Assembly (NCBI GenBank): GCA_965215275.1
Contig: OZ244044.1
Location: 1,664,001-1,728,000 of the forward strand
Direction: 5' to 3'
From: Thermodesulfobacteriota bacterium
GTDB lineage: Bacteria > Desulfobacterota_D > UBA1144 > Nemesobacterales > JAJCZQ01
DNA length: 64,000 nt
How positions within the stretch are numbered: position 1 is the first letter of the stretch; the number at the start of each line of letters is the position of its first letter. Below, piece by piece: positions 41,317-51,460 of this stretch. Position numbers and translations under genes: made by a program. The notes under the pieces are model-generated. The model saw only the letters and a program-made list of their open reading frames with translations. It was not told where the DNA came from and did not search any database.

Positions 41317-41862
41317 ATGAATAATAAAAAAACAAGACTTATAGAAATACTTAAGAAAAAGTCAATTTTAAAAGGCAGGTTCAAGCTATCATCGGGGAAG
41401 ATAACGGATCATTACATAGATGGCAGGCTTACCACGCTTGATGCAGAAGGATTGTCCCTGATAGGAGAGATATTCCTCCAGGAAATTTTAAAGGACCCCG
41501 TAATTTCCGCGGTTGGTGGTCCGACAATGGGAGCCGACCCCATAGTCGGTTCGGTGCTGACCCATGGCGTTTTGGCAAATAAAAAACTCAATGGTTTTTT
41601 AGTCAGGAAAGAGGAAAAACGTTATGGTACCGGGAAACTGATAGAAGGTAACCTGAGAGAAAGGGACACGGCTGCTATAGTGGAGGACGTAGTAACAACG
41701 GGTGGTTCGGTAATCAGGTCCATAAAAGCCGTGGAAAAAACTGGAGCGAAGATATCCAAGGTACTGGTCGTTCTGGACAGGGAAGAGGGTGCTGATAAAA
41801 GATTTATGGAGCTTGGATATGAGTTTTATTCAATATTCAAGTTCTCTGACCTGAACAGGTAA
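41317..41862 (+). CDS. pyrE: Orotate phosphoribosyltransferase
   Basis: F.LSSG, VRKE.K.YG and the VEDVVTTGGS PRPP motif. Confidence 0.93.
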   Translation: MNNKKTRLIEILKKKSILKGRFKLSSGKITDHYIDGRLTTLDAEGLSLIGEIFLQEILKDPVISAVGGPTMGADPIVGSVLTHGVLANKKLNGFLVRKEEKRYGTGKLIEGNLRERDTAAIVEDVVTTGGSVIRSIKAVEKTGAKISKVLVVLDREEGADKRFMELGYEFYSIFKFSDLNR

Positions 41863-41902
41863 ATTATGGTAATCATATACCTGTTTACACTGAATAAGAT
41901 CG

Positions 41903-42087
41903 TTATTTAGTAGTGAGTTTCAATTTCCGACAGAGATTCTTTGGAGATTTTTCCGATCAACTTTTTTAAGGAGCTTCACCATTTGTGCCTTGCTAAATCG
42001 TTGTCTCTTCACCTGATTTTCCTATGTAATAGCTAAATGACACATCTAGGCTGATCAGGCAAGAGAGCGGGAAATTGGGGAAAGTAA
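41903..42087 (-). mobile_element. Decayed IS3-family left end with orfA fragment
   Basis: GTG at 42012 reads MKRQRFSKAQMVKLLKK, then after a frameshift LCRKLKLT (compare IS3 OrfA MKK.RF...ELCRK). An upstream TTACTTTCCCCAATTT resembles an IS3 IR. Confidence 0.5.
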
Positions 42088-42138
42088 TTATTGAATACTT
42101 TTTTGTTTTTCTTTTCTTGTTTGGATTTATACGAATCT

Positions 42139-42969
42139 TCAATTTTTTAAAGAACCTAGAAATTCAATTAAAAAGTCTAAGAACTCAATTAAGTCGTTAG
42201 TTGCACTTGTAATTACATAAAATAAAATAATAATTACATAAATTCCCGGAATACCAACAGCTTTTCCTGCTGTAGCAAGCCCAAAATTACCAACAAGACT
42301 ACCAATTCCAAAAACATGAATTAAAACTCCAGCAGTAGAAACAGCAGCAGGCAATAGTAAGGCAACTTGCAATTTTTGCTTAAAAGTTAATTGATCCCAA
42401 ATTTTTGGAATCTCATCTTTTATAGATTTAATTGCAGACTCTATAATTTTTAAACTAGAAAGAGTCTTTCCCAGTTCTTTAAACCATTTTCCTTTTTCAG
42501 ATAAGCTTGCGTTATCCTCGGGAACAGTTTCTCTATGTTTTTTTAAGTCTCTTAAGATGTCTTCAAGATTATCAGCATCAGCAAACTTATCCTTCGATCT
42601 TATAATCGCATCCTTTAAGATGTTAAGAAGCAAACTTTTGTCTGTATTATTCTTGTCTTCATTAGCTCTTTGGTTTTTTTCAGGCTTTCTGAACAGTTCA
42701 GAAAAATCGCTATAATAAATAATTCGTTGACCTGCCGGTATCTCAATAGTTGTTCCTGCCTTTCCCTCTCTGTCGACTAAAACACTTAATCTTACTTCCT
42801 TAATCTCACTTGGTAAATCTGGCTTTTTTTTCAGGCGATCTTCAAGGTTTTTAATATTCTTGCTGATCCTATCAAGTACTTCTGACCACTCAGGTGTTCC
42901 CTGTGGGCACGAGTTGACAGTATCAATTCGGTAATTGATTAGGTCAATTAGGTCAACGATGTCATTCAT
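42139..42969 (-). CDS. Hypothetical helical protein with C-terminal Gly-rich hydrophobic hairpin (paralog 1)
   Basis: High identity to 42966-43751; AT-rich sequence. Confidence 0.75.
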   Translation of the reverse strand: MNDIVDLIDLINYRIDTVNSCPQGTPEWSEVLDRISKNIKNLEDRLKKKPDLPSEIKEVRLSVLVDREGKAGTTIEIPAGQRIIYYSDFSELFRKPEKNQRANEDKNNTDKSLLLNILKDAIIRSKDKFADADNLEDILRDLKKHRETVPEDNASLSEKGKWFKELGKTLSSLKIIESAIKSIKDEIPKIWDQLTFKQKLQVALLLPAAVSTAGVLIHVFGIGSLVGNFGLATAGKAVGIPGIYVIIILFYVITSATNDLIEFLDFLIEFLGSLKN

Positions 42970-43751
42970 TTCTTTTCTCTAAAGAATGCAATTAAAAAGT
43001 CTAAGAATTCAATTAATCCGCCAGTTACAAATAATAAGATAAGAATTACAAGAATAGCCGGAACACCAACAGCTGTTCCTAATCCAGCAACCCCAATATT
43101 ACCAATCAAAATACCAACTCCAACAACAGGCCCTAGTAAGGCAACTTGGATTTTTTGCTTAAAAGTTAAGTGCTTCCAAATTTTTGGAATCTCATCCTTT
43201 ATAGATTGAATTGCAGGTTCTATAATTTTTAAACTATACAGAGTCTTTGCCAACTCTTTAAACCATTGTACTTTTTCAGATAAACTTGCGTTATCCTCAG
43301 GAACAGTTTTTCTATGTTCTTCTAAGTTGCTTAAGATTTCTTCAGAATTGCCAGCATCAGCAAATTTATCCTTCAATCTTATAACTGCATCCTTTAAGAT
43401 ACTAAGGAGCGAACTTTTGTCTGTATTCTTCTTGTTATCATTAGTTCTTTGGCTTTCTTCAGGTTTTCTGAGCAGTTCAGAAAAATCACTATAAGAAATA
43501 ATTCGTTGACCTGCCGGTATCTCAATGGTTGTTTGTGCCTTTCCTTCTCTGTCGACTGAAACACCTAATCTTACATCATTAGTCTCACTTGGTAAATCTG
43601 GATTTTTTTTCAGATGACCTTCAAGGTCTTCAATATCCTTCCTGATTCTATCAAGTGCTTCTGACCACTCAGGTGTTCCCTGTGGATGTGATGAGTTAAT
43701 AATATTGATTTGGTCATTGATTTGTTTGATTAGGTCGACTATATCATTCAT
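42966..43751 (-). CDS. Hypothetical protein (paralog 2)
   Basis: Shares MNDIVDLI, PQGTPEWSE, TTIEIPAGQRII and LTFKQK.QV with paralog 1; its stop overlaps the start of paralog 1. Confidence 0.75.
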   Translation of the reverse strand: MNDIVDLIKQINDQINIINSSHPQGTPEWSEALDRIRKDIEDLEGHLKKNPDLPSETNDVRLGVSVDREGKAQTTIEIPAGQRIISYSDFSELLRKPEESQRTNDNKKNTDKSSLLSILKDAVIRLKDKFADAGNSEEILSNLEEHRKTVPEDNASLSEKVQWFKELAKTLYSLKIIEPAIQSIKDEIPKIWKHLTFKQKIQVALLGPVVGVGILIGNIGVAGLGTAVGVPAILVILILLFVTGGLIEFLDFLIAFFREKK

Positions 43752-43766
43752 TTCGTTTCTCCAAGT

Positions 43767-44246
43767 CTATTTTTTGAAAGAACTTGATAATTTAATTAAG
43801 CAGTCTAAGAATTCAATTAATCCTTTAGTTACAAATAATAAAATAAGAATTACAAAAATAACCGGAATACCAACAGCTGTTCCTAATAAAGCAACCCCAA
43901 TATTACCAACAAAAATACCAATTCCAATAACAGGCCCTAGTAAGACAACTTGCAATTTTTGCTTAAAAGTTAATTGATCCCAAGTCTTTGAAATCTCATC
44001 TATTATAGCTTTAATTGCAATTGCGGGCTTTATAATTTTTAAAAAACTTGACAGAATCTTTGCCAGTTTAATAAGCCATTTTACTGTTCGGAATAAGCTT
44101 GCATTATCCTTGGTAAAAGTGTTTCTATGCTTTTTTAAGTCTCTTAAGACATCTTCAAAATCACCATCATTAACACACTTATCCTTCAATCTTCTACACA
44201 TATTCTTTAAGATGTTAAGGAGTGAACTTTTGTCCGTATTTTTCAT
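43767..44246 (-). CDS. Hypothetical protein (paralog 3, lacks the N-terminal domain)
   Basis: Begins at NTDKS and matches the C-terminal part of the other two. Confidence 0.65.
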   Translation of the reverse strand: MKNTDKSSLLNILKNMCRRLKDKCVNDGDFEDVLRDLKKHRNTFTKDNASLFRTVKWLIKLAKILSSFLKIIKPAIAIKAIIDEISKTWDQLTFKQKLQVVLLGPVIGIGIFVGNIGVALLGTAVGIPVIFVILILLFVTKGLIEFLDCLIKLSSSFKK

Positions 44247-44416
44247 CTTGTCATCATTTTAAACATTGCCAAGAAATTTAGTGTAAATGAGTATACTATT
44301 ATTTGAATTATTATAGGCAAATAATAGAAAAGACAGATATTCCGAACAGTGATTATTTACAAGGAACGGAAATCTGCCTTCTATAAAAACTTGTAACTCG
44401 TTAGGTGTCCCAACAA

Positions 44417-45184
44417 CTAATTTGCGACCCAGCCGCCGTCGACCGACAGCATTGACCCGGTCATAAATCCGACGTTCTCACTGTCGCAGAGAAACTTTAC
44501 TGAATGTGCAATTTCGTCTGCTTGTCCATAACGTCCCAAGTGAGCGGTGGCAGGTTGTTGTTGCTTTAAGAACTGGTCCACCTCTGGTGACTCTTTCAGG
44601 AAAGTTTCTACCATAGGGGTCCAGATCGTTCCCGGACAGATGCAGTTTACCCTTATGCCTTTATCTGCGTATTCAAGTGCCATGCTCCTTGTGAACTGAA
44701 CTATTGCTCCTTTTGTGGAATTGTAAGCCGACGCACCGGGGATTGCTTTTAGTCCCAATATTGAAGCGTTGTTTACGATAGTTCCGCCTCCTTGTTTGAT
44801 CATATGGGGGATAACGTACTTTGCCATCATAAAAGAACCTTTTACATTGATATCGAAGGCATAGTCCCAGTCCTCAATAGATGTTTCATGTGTAATACCA
44901 AGAGGCAGAACCCCAGCGTTGTTGAATAGTATGTCAATTTTGCCGTGCATATTTATGGTCTGATCCACCAGATCCTTGCAGTCTTCCTCTTTTGACACGT
45001 CGCTGACAATGTATTCTATCTTTTCAGAATCCTTGTCCGCTTCATTAATGGCTTCTTTTAGTGGTTCCTCGTTTCTTCCACTTATAACGACTTTCGCTCC
45101 CTCTTTGGCAAAAAGATGAGCCGTTGACTTTCCTATGCCAAGGCTTCCACCTGTAATAATTGCTACTTTACCTTTTAAACTCAT
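44417..45184 (-). CDS. Short-chain dehydrogenase/reductase (start re-called at 45184)
   Basis: TGGSLGIG, NNAG, YNSTK, RVNCICPG and VDGGW motifs. Confidence 0.92.
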   Translation of the reverse strand: MSLKGKVAIITGGSLGIGKSTAHLFAKEGAKVVISGRNEEPLKEAINEADKDSEKIEYIVSDVSKEEDCKDLVDQTINMHGKIDILFNNAGVLPLGITHETSIEDWDYAFDINVKGSFMMAKYVIPHMIKQGGGTIVNNASILGLKAIPGASAYNSTKGAIVQFTRSMALEYADKGIRVNCICPGTIWTPMVETFLKESPEVDQFLKQQQPATAHLGRYGQADEIAHSVKFLCDSENVGFMTGSMLSVDGGWVAN

Positions 45185-45419
45185 AACATAAACCTCCTGT
45201 ATAAAATTGATTAAACCTACTGACAATACTTCCTAATTCTTTCATAAACTTCTGATCCACTTAAACACCTGTTTTAGACAGGCATAGGTAACTGAACCTT
45301 TTCTATCATTTAATTAAGAAGGAATAGAGCTAAAATATCATTATTCTTAATATAGTTTCATAGTTACATAATTATATATTTCAAGGTTTATACTTGTCAA
45401 AATCAGTATTCAAGAATGG

Positions 45420-45551
45420 TTGGTTTCTACAGAACATAGTTCTATTACAAAACACATCAATAACATCATAAAGACCAAAGAGTTACAAAAGAGTTCAGTA
45501 TGTGCAAAATCTGCACATACTGCTGAAAGCGGAAAAACATACAAGGAGTAA
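45420..45551 (+). pseudogene. RhuM-family (virulence protein RhuM / Fic-associated) gene fragment
   Basis: Translates to SITKHINNIIKTKELQKSSVCAKSAHTAESGKTY, matching the RhuM signature I.KH..NI....EL...SVCAKFA.TA.DGKTY. Confidence 0.65.
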
Positions 45552-45785
45552 ATAATAGTGCCAAGACTTGCAACAGAAAAAAAACAGTATAAGGTTTTTT
45601 TGAAATATGCTAAAAAAAAACAAGGTGAAACTTCATTTCACAAGAAGAAAACCTTTCTTATAGAGAAGGAGAAGAAGGTAAATTTTTCTATGAACTATTA
45701 GAAAAAATCTTATAAAACTCAAAGAGTGTATAAATTTTATTCTTAAGGGTAAGAGTTTTATGGATTTTTCAAAAGATCGGGGGAA

Positions 45786-46673
45786 ATGAAAAACAGTTTG
45801 TTTTATAGAAGAAAAGGACTTTTGTTATTATTGGAGGAGTTTGGTCCTCGGATAGGAAGGATTGAATTTCAAAAGTACCTCTTCCTTTGGACAGTTCGTC
45901 AAGAAAAACCTATTTATGATTTTGTTCCATATAAATACGGTTGTTTTTCTTTTCAATCTTATCACGATTTAGGTGTTTTAAAAAATCTTGGATATGTTGA
46001 CGAAAAAAAGAAAAGCTGGATTTTAAAAAAGAAAACTAGTAAAGATAAATTTAAAAAAGAAGACCTAATATCTTTAAAAGATATTAAAAATGAATACAAA
46101 TCTGTAAAAGGAAATCAGTTATTGAAAGCTGTTTATCTAAAATATCCATACTATGCTATAAACAGTGAGTTAGCTAAAGATATATTAACAAGATCTGAAT
46201 TAAAAAGTATCTATGCTGAAAAACCAACAAGAAATCAAGAGGTTCTTTTTACGATCGGATATGAAGGTCGGTCTATTGATTCTTTTATGAATTCTTTAAT
46301 AGAAAATAATGTACATATCCTTTGCGATGTAAGAAAAAACCCACTCAGCCGTAAATATGGTTTTTCTAAAAACCAACTCAAGAATATATGCGAGAAACTT
46401 AAGATTGAATACATAAGTATTCCAAAATTGGGGATTAAATCAGAGCTTAGATACAACTTAAGTTCTGTAAATGACTATAAAAACCTCTTTAAGGACTATA
46501 AAAAAGATGTTATAAGAAGAGAAAAAAACAGTTTAGAACTTATCATCAGTCTTTTAAAGAATAAAAAGCGCGTTGCCATTACTTGTTTTGAAAAAAAACC
46601 AGAAATGTGCCATAGGCATTGCGTAGCTGACGCTGTTTACAAAAAAACAGGTCAAGAGATAAAGAATTTATAG
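45786..46673 (+). CDS. DUF488 domain protein with N-terminal winged-helix-like domain
   Basis: N-terminal FQKYLF..YDFVPYKYG; C-terminal LFTIGYEG, DVR.NP.SRK.GFSK and CFE..P..CHR. Confidence 0.85.
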   Translation: MKNSLFYRRKGLLLLLEEFGPRIGRIEFQKYLFLWTVRQEKPIYDFVPYKYGCFSFQSYHDLGVLKNLGYVDEKKKSWILKKKTSKDKFKKEDLISLKDIKNEYKSVKGNQLLKAVYLKYPYYAINSELAKDILTRSELKSIYAEKPTRNQEVLFTIGYEGRSIDSFMNSLIENNVHILCDVRKNPLSRKYGFSKNQLKNICEKLKIEYISIPKLGIKSELRYNLSSVNDYKNLFKDYKKDVIRREKNSLELIISLLKNKKRVAITCFEKKPEMCHRHCVADAVYKKTGQEIKNL

Positions 46674-47501
46674 ATGCAAGAACAAAAAGAAAAAATTTTA
46701 ATTACTGTAAAGACTTATCCTAACCTTTCAAAGAAGTACGATGAGCTTGTATGTACAGCAGGATTAAAAGATGACGGAACTTGGATTAGGCTTTACCCTA
46801 TACCGTTTAGAAGGTTAGATTATGACCAGCAATATAAAAAATATCAATGGATAGAGTTAGATGTCAAGCGAAGAACTGAAGATTTCAGGGTGGAAAGCTA
46901 TTCTCCCGTCGATATACAATCAATGAAAATTATTGGAGAACCTCTTGATACAAGCAATAACTGGAGAAAAAGAAAAGACATTGTTTTTAAGTCAAAAAAG
47001 TATGAGAACTTAGATGAACTCATTTCTAAGGCCAAAAATAAGAAACATCCCATATCTTTAGCCTTATTTAAGCCCAAGGAAATTTTAGATTTTATCATTG
47101 AGCCTGCTGATAAGCAATGGGACGAAAGCACATTAAAGGAAATTAAAACTGAAAGGAATCAGTTAAAGCTTTTTAAAGACGACTTAAACGATCTTGTAGA
47201 ATTAGCTGAGAAACTCCCGTTTAAATTTTCTTACCGATTAAAAGACATAAAGGGAAAAGAAAGCACAATGATGATTGAAGACTGGGAGATTGGGGCTCTT
47301 TATCGGAATTGCATTAAACAATCCTCTGAAAAAGAAGCTAAGGAAAAAGTTAGAGATAAATACATGGAACTTGCCGAAAAAGACATTCATCTTTTTTTAG
47401 GAACCACTTTTAAATACCATTATATAGCACCTAATCCATTTGTTATTGTTGGTGTGTTTTATCCTCCTATAGCTATAGAGAAACAGCACGGTCTTTTGTA
47501 A
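46674..47501 (+). CDS. Conserved hypothetical partner of DUF488
   Basis: Abuts the DUF488 stop. Motifs VKTYP..S.KY.E.VCTAG, WIRLYP, R.ESY, IEDWE, FLGT and GVFYP. Confidence 0.8.
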   Translation: MQEQKEKILITVKTYPNLSKKYDELVCTAGLKDDGTWIRLYPIPFRRLDYDQQYKKYQWIELDVKRRTEDFRVESYSPVDIQSMKIIGEPLDTSNNWRKRKDIVFKSKKYENLDELISKAKNKKHPISLALFKPKEILDFIIEPADKQWDESTLKEIKTERNQLKLFKDDLNDLVELAEKLPFKFSYRLKDIKGKESTMMIEDWEIGALYRNCIKQSSEKEAKEKVRDKYMELAEKDIHLFLGTTFKYHYIAPNPFVIVGVFYPPIAIEKQHGLL

Positions 47502-47623
47502 TTTTTGAACATTAAACGGGTTGAGGTTTTTATATCTTTATTCCCCTCAAAAAACCACATTCATTCAAAGACAAACCCAGACTCTTATGCTTTAAACTAT
47601 TAGACCTGCTCTTTTCTCTGTGT

Positions 47624-47701
47624 TGGTCGGGGTGACTGGATTTGAACCAGCGACCTCTGCGTCCCGAACGCAGCACTCTAGCCAGGCTGAGCTACACCCC
47701 G
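47624..47701 (-). tRNA. tRNA-Pro(CGG)
   Basis: CGGGGTGTAGCTCAGCCTGG...CTGCG-TTCGGGA-CGCAG...GGTTCAAATCC...CACCCCGACCA; cloverleaf with encoded CCA. Confidence 0.96.
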
Positions 47702-47783
47702 ATCAAAAAACTATCTTAACAATTTACTGTTAATTGGCGTGTAAACCAATTTTTTATGGATTTATGTATATAATAATCTTAAA

Positions 47784-48683
47784 ATGCCCAGATTTCGCGA
47801 AACCGGTCATTTACTCACGGAAAAGGTAAATTCCAACACTTTGGATATAGATACCTGTTCACCTTCCGAGATCGTTGAAACTATGATCGCGGAAGACCGT
47901 ATTATTACCGAGGCGGTGTTTTCCCAAAAAGAGAATATCTCCCGAGCGGTGGAGATGATAACGGACAGCCTGAAGAACGAGGGACGGCTTTTTTTCGTTG
48001 GTGCTGGAACAAGTGGACGGCTTGGCGTGCTGGAAGCTGCCGAGTGTCCTCCTACTTTTGGGACCGACCCGGAAATGATACAAGGGATAATTGCAGGGGG
48101 CAGTGAAGCTATGATCAGATCGGTTGAAGGTGCTGAAGATACAGATGAAGATGTTGCTGAAAAGTTGAAAGAAGCGGACCTTAACGAGAGGGACGTTGTC
48201 GTGGGAATTGCCGCCAGTTTGTCAACTCCGTTTGTTATAGGTGCTTTGAGATACGCTGGTAAGATCGGAAGCAGAACGGTACTGATTACCTGCAATCCGG
48301 TAAGCGAGCCGGTATCTGACGTTGGCATTGTTCTTCTTGTGGGACCTGAGGTCATCGTGGGTTCCACAAGGCTGAAATCCGCAACTGCAACAAAAATGGT
48401 GCTGAACATGCTTACAACCGCCTCAATGGTCCTTCTGGGTAAAACTTATGGCAATCTCATGGTAGACGTTCAGCCGTCGTCTTCAAAGCTGAAGGACAGG
48501 GCAGTTCGAATAGTTATGGAGATCTGCAAGGTGGAGCGTTCAGAGGCGATAAAGCTGCTGGAAAATTCAGGATGGAGCGTGAAGTCTGCGGTCCTGATGT
48601 ACAAGATGAAAGTGTCTTTTGAAGAGTCTTTAAGGATGTTGAAGAAAAACGGGGGATTTCTTAAAAAGGCACTTATAAATTGA
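47784..48683 (+). CDS. murQ: N-acetylmuramic acid 6-phosphate etherase
   Basis: GAGTSGRLGVLEAAECPPTFG, GAED, GPEVI.GSTRLK and GNLMVDV motifs. Confidence 0.95.
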   Translation: MPRFRETGHLLTEKVNSNTLDIDTCSPSEIVETMIAEDRIITEAVFSQKENISRAVEMITDSLKNEGRLFFVGAGTSGRLGVLEAAECPPTFGTDPEMIQGIIAGGSEAMIRSVEGAEDTDEDVAEKLKEADLNERDVVVGIAASLSTPFVIGALRYAGKIGSRTVLITCNPVSEPVSDVGIVLLVGPEVIVGSTRLKSATATKMVLNMLTTASMVLLGKTYGNLMVDVQPSSSKLKDRAVRIVMEICKVERSEAIKLLENSGWSVKSAVLMYKMKVSFEESLRMLKKNGGFLKKALIN

Positions 48684-48701
48684 AGGAGTGGGGGCTTTTT
48701 C

Positions 48702-49895
48702 ATGAACTGGCTGGATCCCATAATTAACAAAAAAGAAAGGATAGTCGTAGGACTTATGTCCGGAACGTCAATGGATGGGGTTGATGCCGCTCTGGTACGC
48801 GTTAATGGTAATGGTATTGATACCAGAGCTGAACTTATGGATTTTCAGACCTGTCCCTACGAGAGTTTTTTGAGGAATAAGCTGGATAACGTGCTGGACG
48901 CGTCCGTTGCGGAACTGTCCGACCTGAACTTTGCAGTGGGAGAGGTTTTTGCTGATGCGTGTTTTTCCGTAATGGAAAAAGCAGGATTAAAACCCGAGGA
49001 AGCCGATCTGATAGGTACTCATGGACAGACCGTTTTTCATAATCCGCCCTCAAGCGGGTCCAGGATTTCTTCCACGCTTCAGATCGGGGAGCCCGACGTG
49101 ATAGCGGAAAGGACAGGAATAACTACGGTGTCGGATTTCAGACCGAGGGATATATCTGCAAAGGGAGAAGGGTCTCCGCTTGTTCCATACGTTGATTATA
49201 TTCTTTTCAGGCAGCCGGAAAAGGTCAGGATATTGCAGAATATAGGGGGTATAGCGAGCTGCACGGTAGTTACCCCGGATATAAATGACGTGATAGCTTT
49301 TGATTCAGGTCCCGGGAACCTTTTGCTTGACGGAGTTATAAAAATACATTCCGGTGGTGAGAAGAGCTACGACAAAGACGGCGGGCTGGCTAAAACGGGT
49401 ACGGTGAACCATGAACTTCTGCAGAAGCTTATGAGCAATGAATATTTTAAAAGACCTCTTCCTAAAACTGCAGGGAGAGAGGTATTTGGAGGGGATAAGG
49501 CGGAACAGCTGTACGATCTGGTTAAAAGCGGTTACATCAGAGTTCCTGATCTGCTTGCTACCCTTGTTCAGTTCACAGTTGATACCATATACAACGCTTA
49601 TGAGAACTACGTTCCTGCCAAATGGAAAATAGACGAAGTTATTTTAAGTGGTGGTGGAGCGGTCAATCCCGTTATAGCTGAGAAACTCCTCTGTAAGTTA
49701 AGCCCGGTCACGGTTTGTTTATCAGATAAATACGGTATCCCCTTTGATTCAAAGGAGGCATTGTCGTTTGCCGTGCTGGCGAACGAGACCATCTTTGCCA
49801 ATCATTCAAACCTTCCCTGCGTTACCGGGGCGACTTGCAGTTCACCGCTTGGCAAGATATCAATTGGAAAAAACGTTAAAGGTGGAGGATCTTGA
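48702..49895 (+). CDS. anmK: Anhydro-N-acetylmuramic acid kinase
   Basis: GLMSGTSMDGVD, HGQT, NIGGI, FDSGPGN and KEA..FA motifs. Confidence 0.95.
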   Translation: MNWLDPIINKKERIVVGLMSGTSMDGVDAALVRVNGNGIDTRAELMDFQTCPYESFLRNKLDNVLDASVAELSDLNFAVGEVFADACFSVMEKAGLKPEEADLIGTHGQTVFHNPPSSGSRISSTLQIGEPDVIAERTGITTVSDFRPRDISAKGEGSPLVPYVDYILFRQPEKVRILQNIGGIASCTVVTPDINDVIAFDSGPGNLLLDGVIKIHSGGEKSYDKDGGLAKTGTVNHELLQKLMSNEYFKRPLPKTAGREVFGGDKAEQLYDLVKSGYIRVPDLLATLVQFTVDTIYNAYENYVPAKWKIDEVILSGGGAVNPVIAEKLLCKLSPVTVCLSDKYGIPFDSKEALSFAVLANETIFANHSNLPCVTGATCSSPLGKISIGKNVKGGGS

Positions 49896-51418
49896 GTAAT
49901 TCAAGTCAAAGCATGATCGAAGCCGAACAGCTTGCCGGGCAGGTCGTAATGCCCAGGATTGATTTTAACGACAGTGGGAGCATACAAGATTCCATAGAAC
50001 TGGTCGAAAAATATAAAGTAGGGGGATTTATTATATTCAATGGGGAACTGGAGAAGGTCAGGCGTCATACAGACCGGCTTCAGGCATCTTCTGATCGCCT
50101 GCTGCTTTTTGGGTGCGACGCGGAGAGGGGACTGGGTCAGATCGTAAAAGGAGGCACTGTATTTCCGTTCTTAATGGCACAGGGGGCCGCCGGCAGTGAT
50201 GAACTGATCGGTAAACAGGCGGAGATTACCGCGGAAGAGATGAAGTACTGCGGAATGAACCTTATTTTTGCTCCCGTGCTTGACATAAATACAAATCCTG
50301 ACAACCCGATCGTTAATATAAGGTCATTTGGTGATGATCCTGAAACAGTGGCTGAACTGGCCGGAACGTTCATACGTAAGATCAGAGAAAGCAGAGTGCT
50401 TTCCTGTGGCAAGCATTTTCCAGGTCATGGGTCCACTGATCTTGATTCTCACGTTATCCTGCCTGAATTAAACAGAAGTCTGAAAGAACTCAGAGAGCTT
50501 GAGTTTATACCTTTTATAAAGGCAATAGGGTCTGGCGTTGATCTTATAATGGTTGGACACATTGCAACGCCTGAAGTGAAAAACTCTCAAGGTCCCGCAA
50601 TAACTTCCAGGGTTTTAATTCAGGATATCCTGAGAACGAAAATGGGTTTTAAAAAGGTCGTCATATCGGATTCGTTCAGAATGGACCCATTAAAAGACCT
50701 CGGTTCTGAACTTGAAGTCGCCGTCAGGTCTTTGCAGGCGGGATGTAACGTTATTCTTGACCCTGAAAGACCACGCGAATTGACAGAAGGTATAAGGTCG
50801 GAAATTAAAACCAACAAAGCCCTGATGTATGAGGTTAAAAGGTCTTTTAAGTCTGTATTGGAGATAAAAAGGGACTTGGACCATAACGATGTTGAGCGTG
50901 TGAAGAAACCAGACCGGCAGCTTACGGATGAACTTATAAAAGAAATATCTGACAGATCCGTCTGCGTGATAAGGGGTGGTGGGATCAGTTCTGAAAAAGT
51001 GGATATTAACCTGCTGGACGCCACGGGCAGCAAGGAAGTGGAGGTCATAACCCCTTTTACGGACCGTCTGGAAAGAAATGGAATTGAGGTTAACTCGGTT
51101 AACCGTATTTCTGAACGTGGATTTTCGTCCGTTTACAGTTCTTCGTTCAACGTTATAAATCTGATACTTACCTCAGTGGCAGGGTGGTCGAACTATTCTC
51201 GTATAAGTTCGGGTTTTAAGCTGTTTCTGAACGAAATGTCCAGTGCCGGAAGCAGGAACATTGCTGTTTCGTTCGGATCTCCATACGTGATAGAACATCT
51301 GGACAAGTTCGACACCGTTCTTTGCTCTTTCAGTTTCATGCCGGAGTGCCAGGTCGCAACTGCTGAAAGTTTACTGGGAAAGCTCAGTGCCGAAGGGAAA
51401 TTACCAGTGAGTATATGA
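49892..51418 (+). CDS. nagZ: GH3 beta-N-acetylhexosaminidase
   Basis: FAPVLD, RSFG, KHFPGHG...DSH and ISD motifs; in an operon with murQ-anmK. Confidence 0.88.
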   Translation: MSNSSQSMIEAEQLAGQVVMPRIDFNDSGSIQDSIELVEKYKVGGFIIFNGELEKVRRHTDRLQASSDRLLLFGCDAERGLGQIVKGGTVFPFLMAQGAAGSDELIGKQAEITAEEMKYCGMNLIFAPVLDINTNPDNPIVNIRSFGDDPETVAELAGTFIRKIRESRVLSCGKHFPGHGSTDLDSHVILPELNRSLKELRELEFIPFIKAIGSGVDLIMVGHIATPEVKNSQGPAITSRVLIQDILRTKMGFKKVVISDSFRMDPLKDLGSELEVAVRSLQAGCNVILDPERPRELTEGIRSEIKTNKALMYEVKRSFKSVLEIKRDLDHNDVERVKKPDRQLTDELIKEISDRSVCVIRGGGISSEKVDINLLDATGSKEVEVITPFTDRLERNGIEVNSVNRISERGFSSVYSSSFNVINLILTSVAGWSNYSRISSGFKLFLNEMSSAGSRNIAVSFGSPYVIEHLDKFDTVLCSFSFMPECQVATAESLLGKLSAEGKLPVSI

Positions 51419-51460
51419 TCTACGTAAAGACCCTCTCGGTCTTACGGTCTGCAGGAAAGA

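Noticed and set aside
41860..47623. Intact integrative element or prophage at tRNA-Pro
   Set aside because: No integrase, phage genes or duplicated tRNA 3' end were found, and a normal SDR gene interrupts the AT-rich region.
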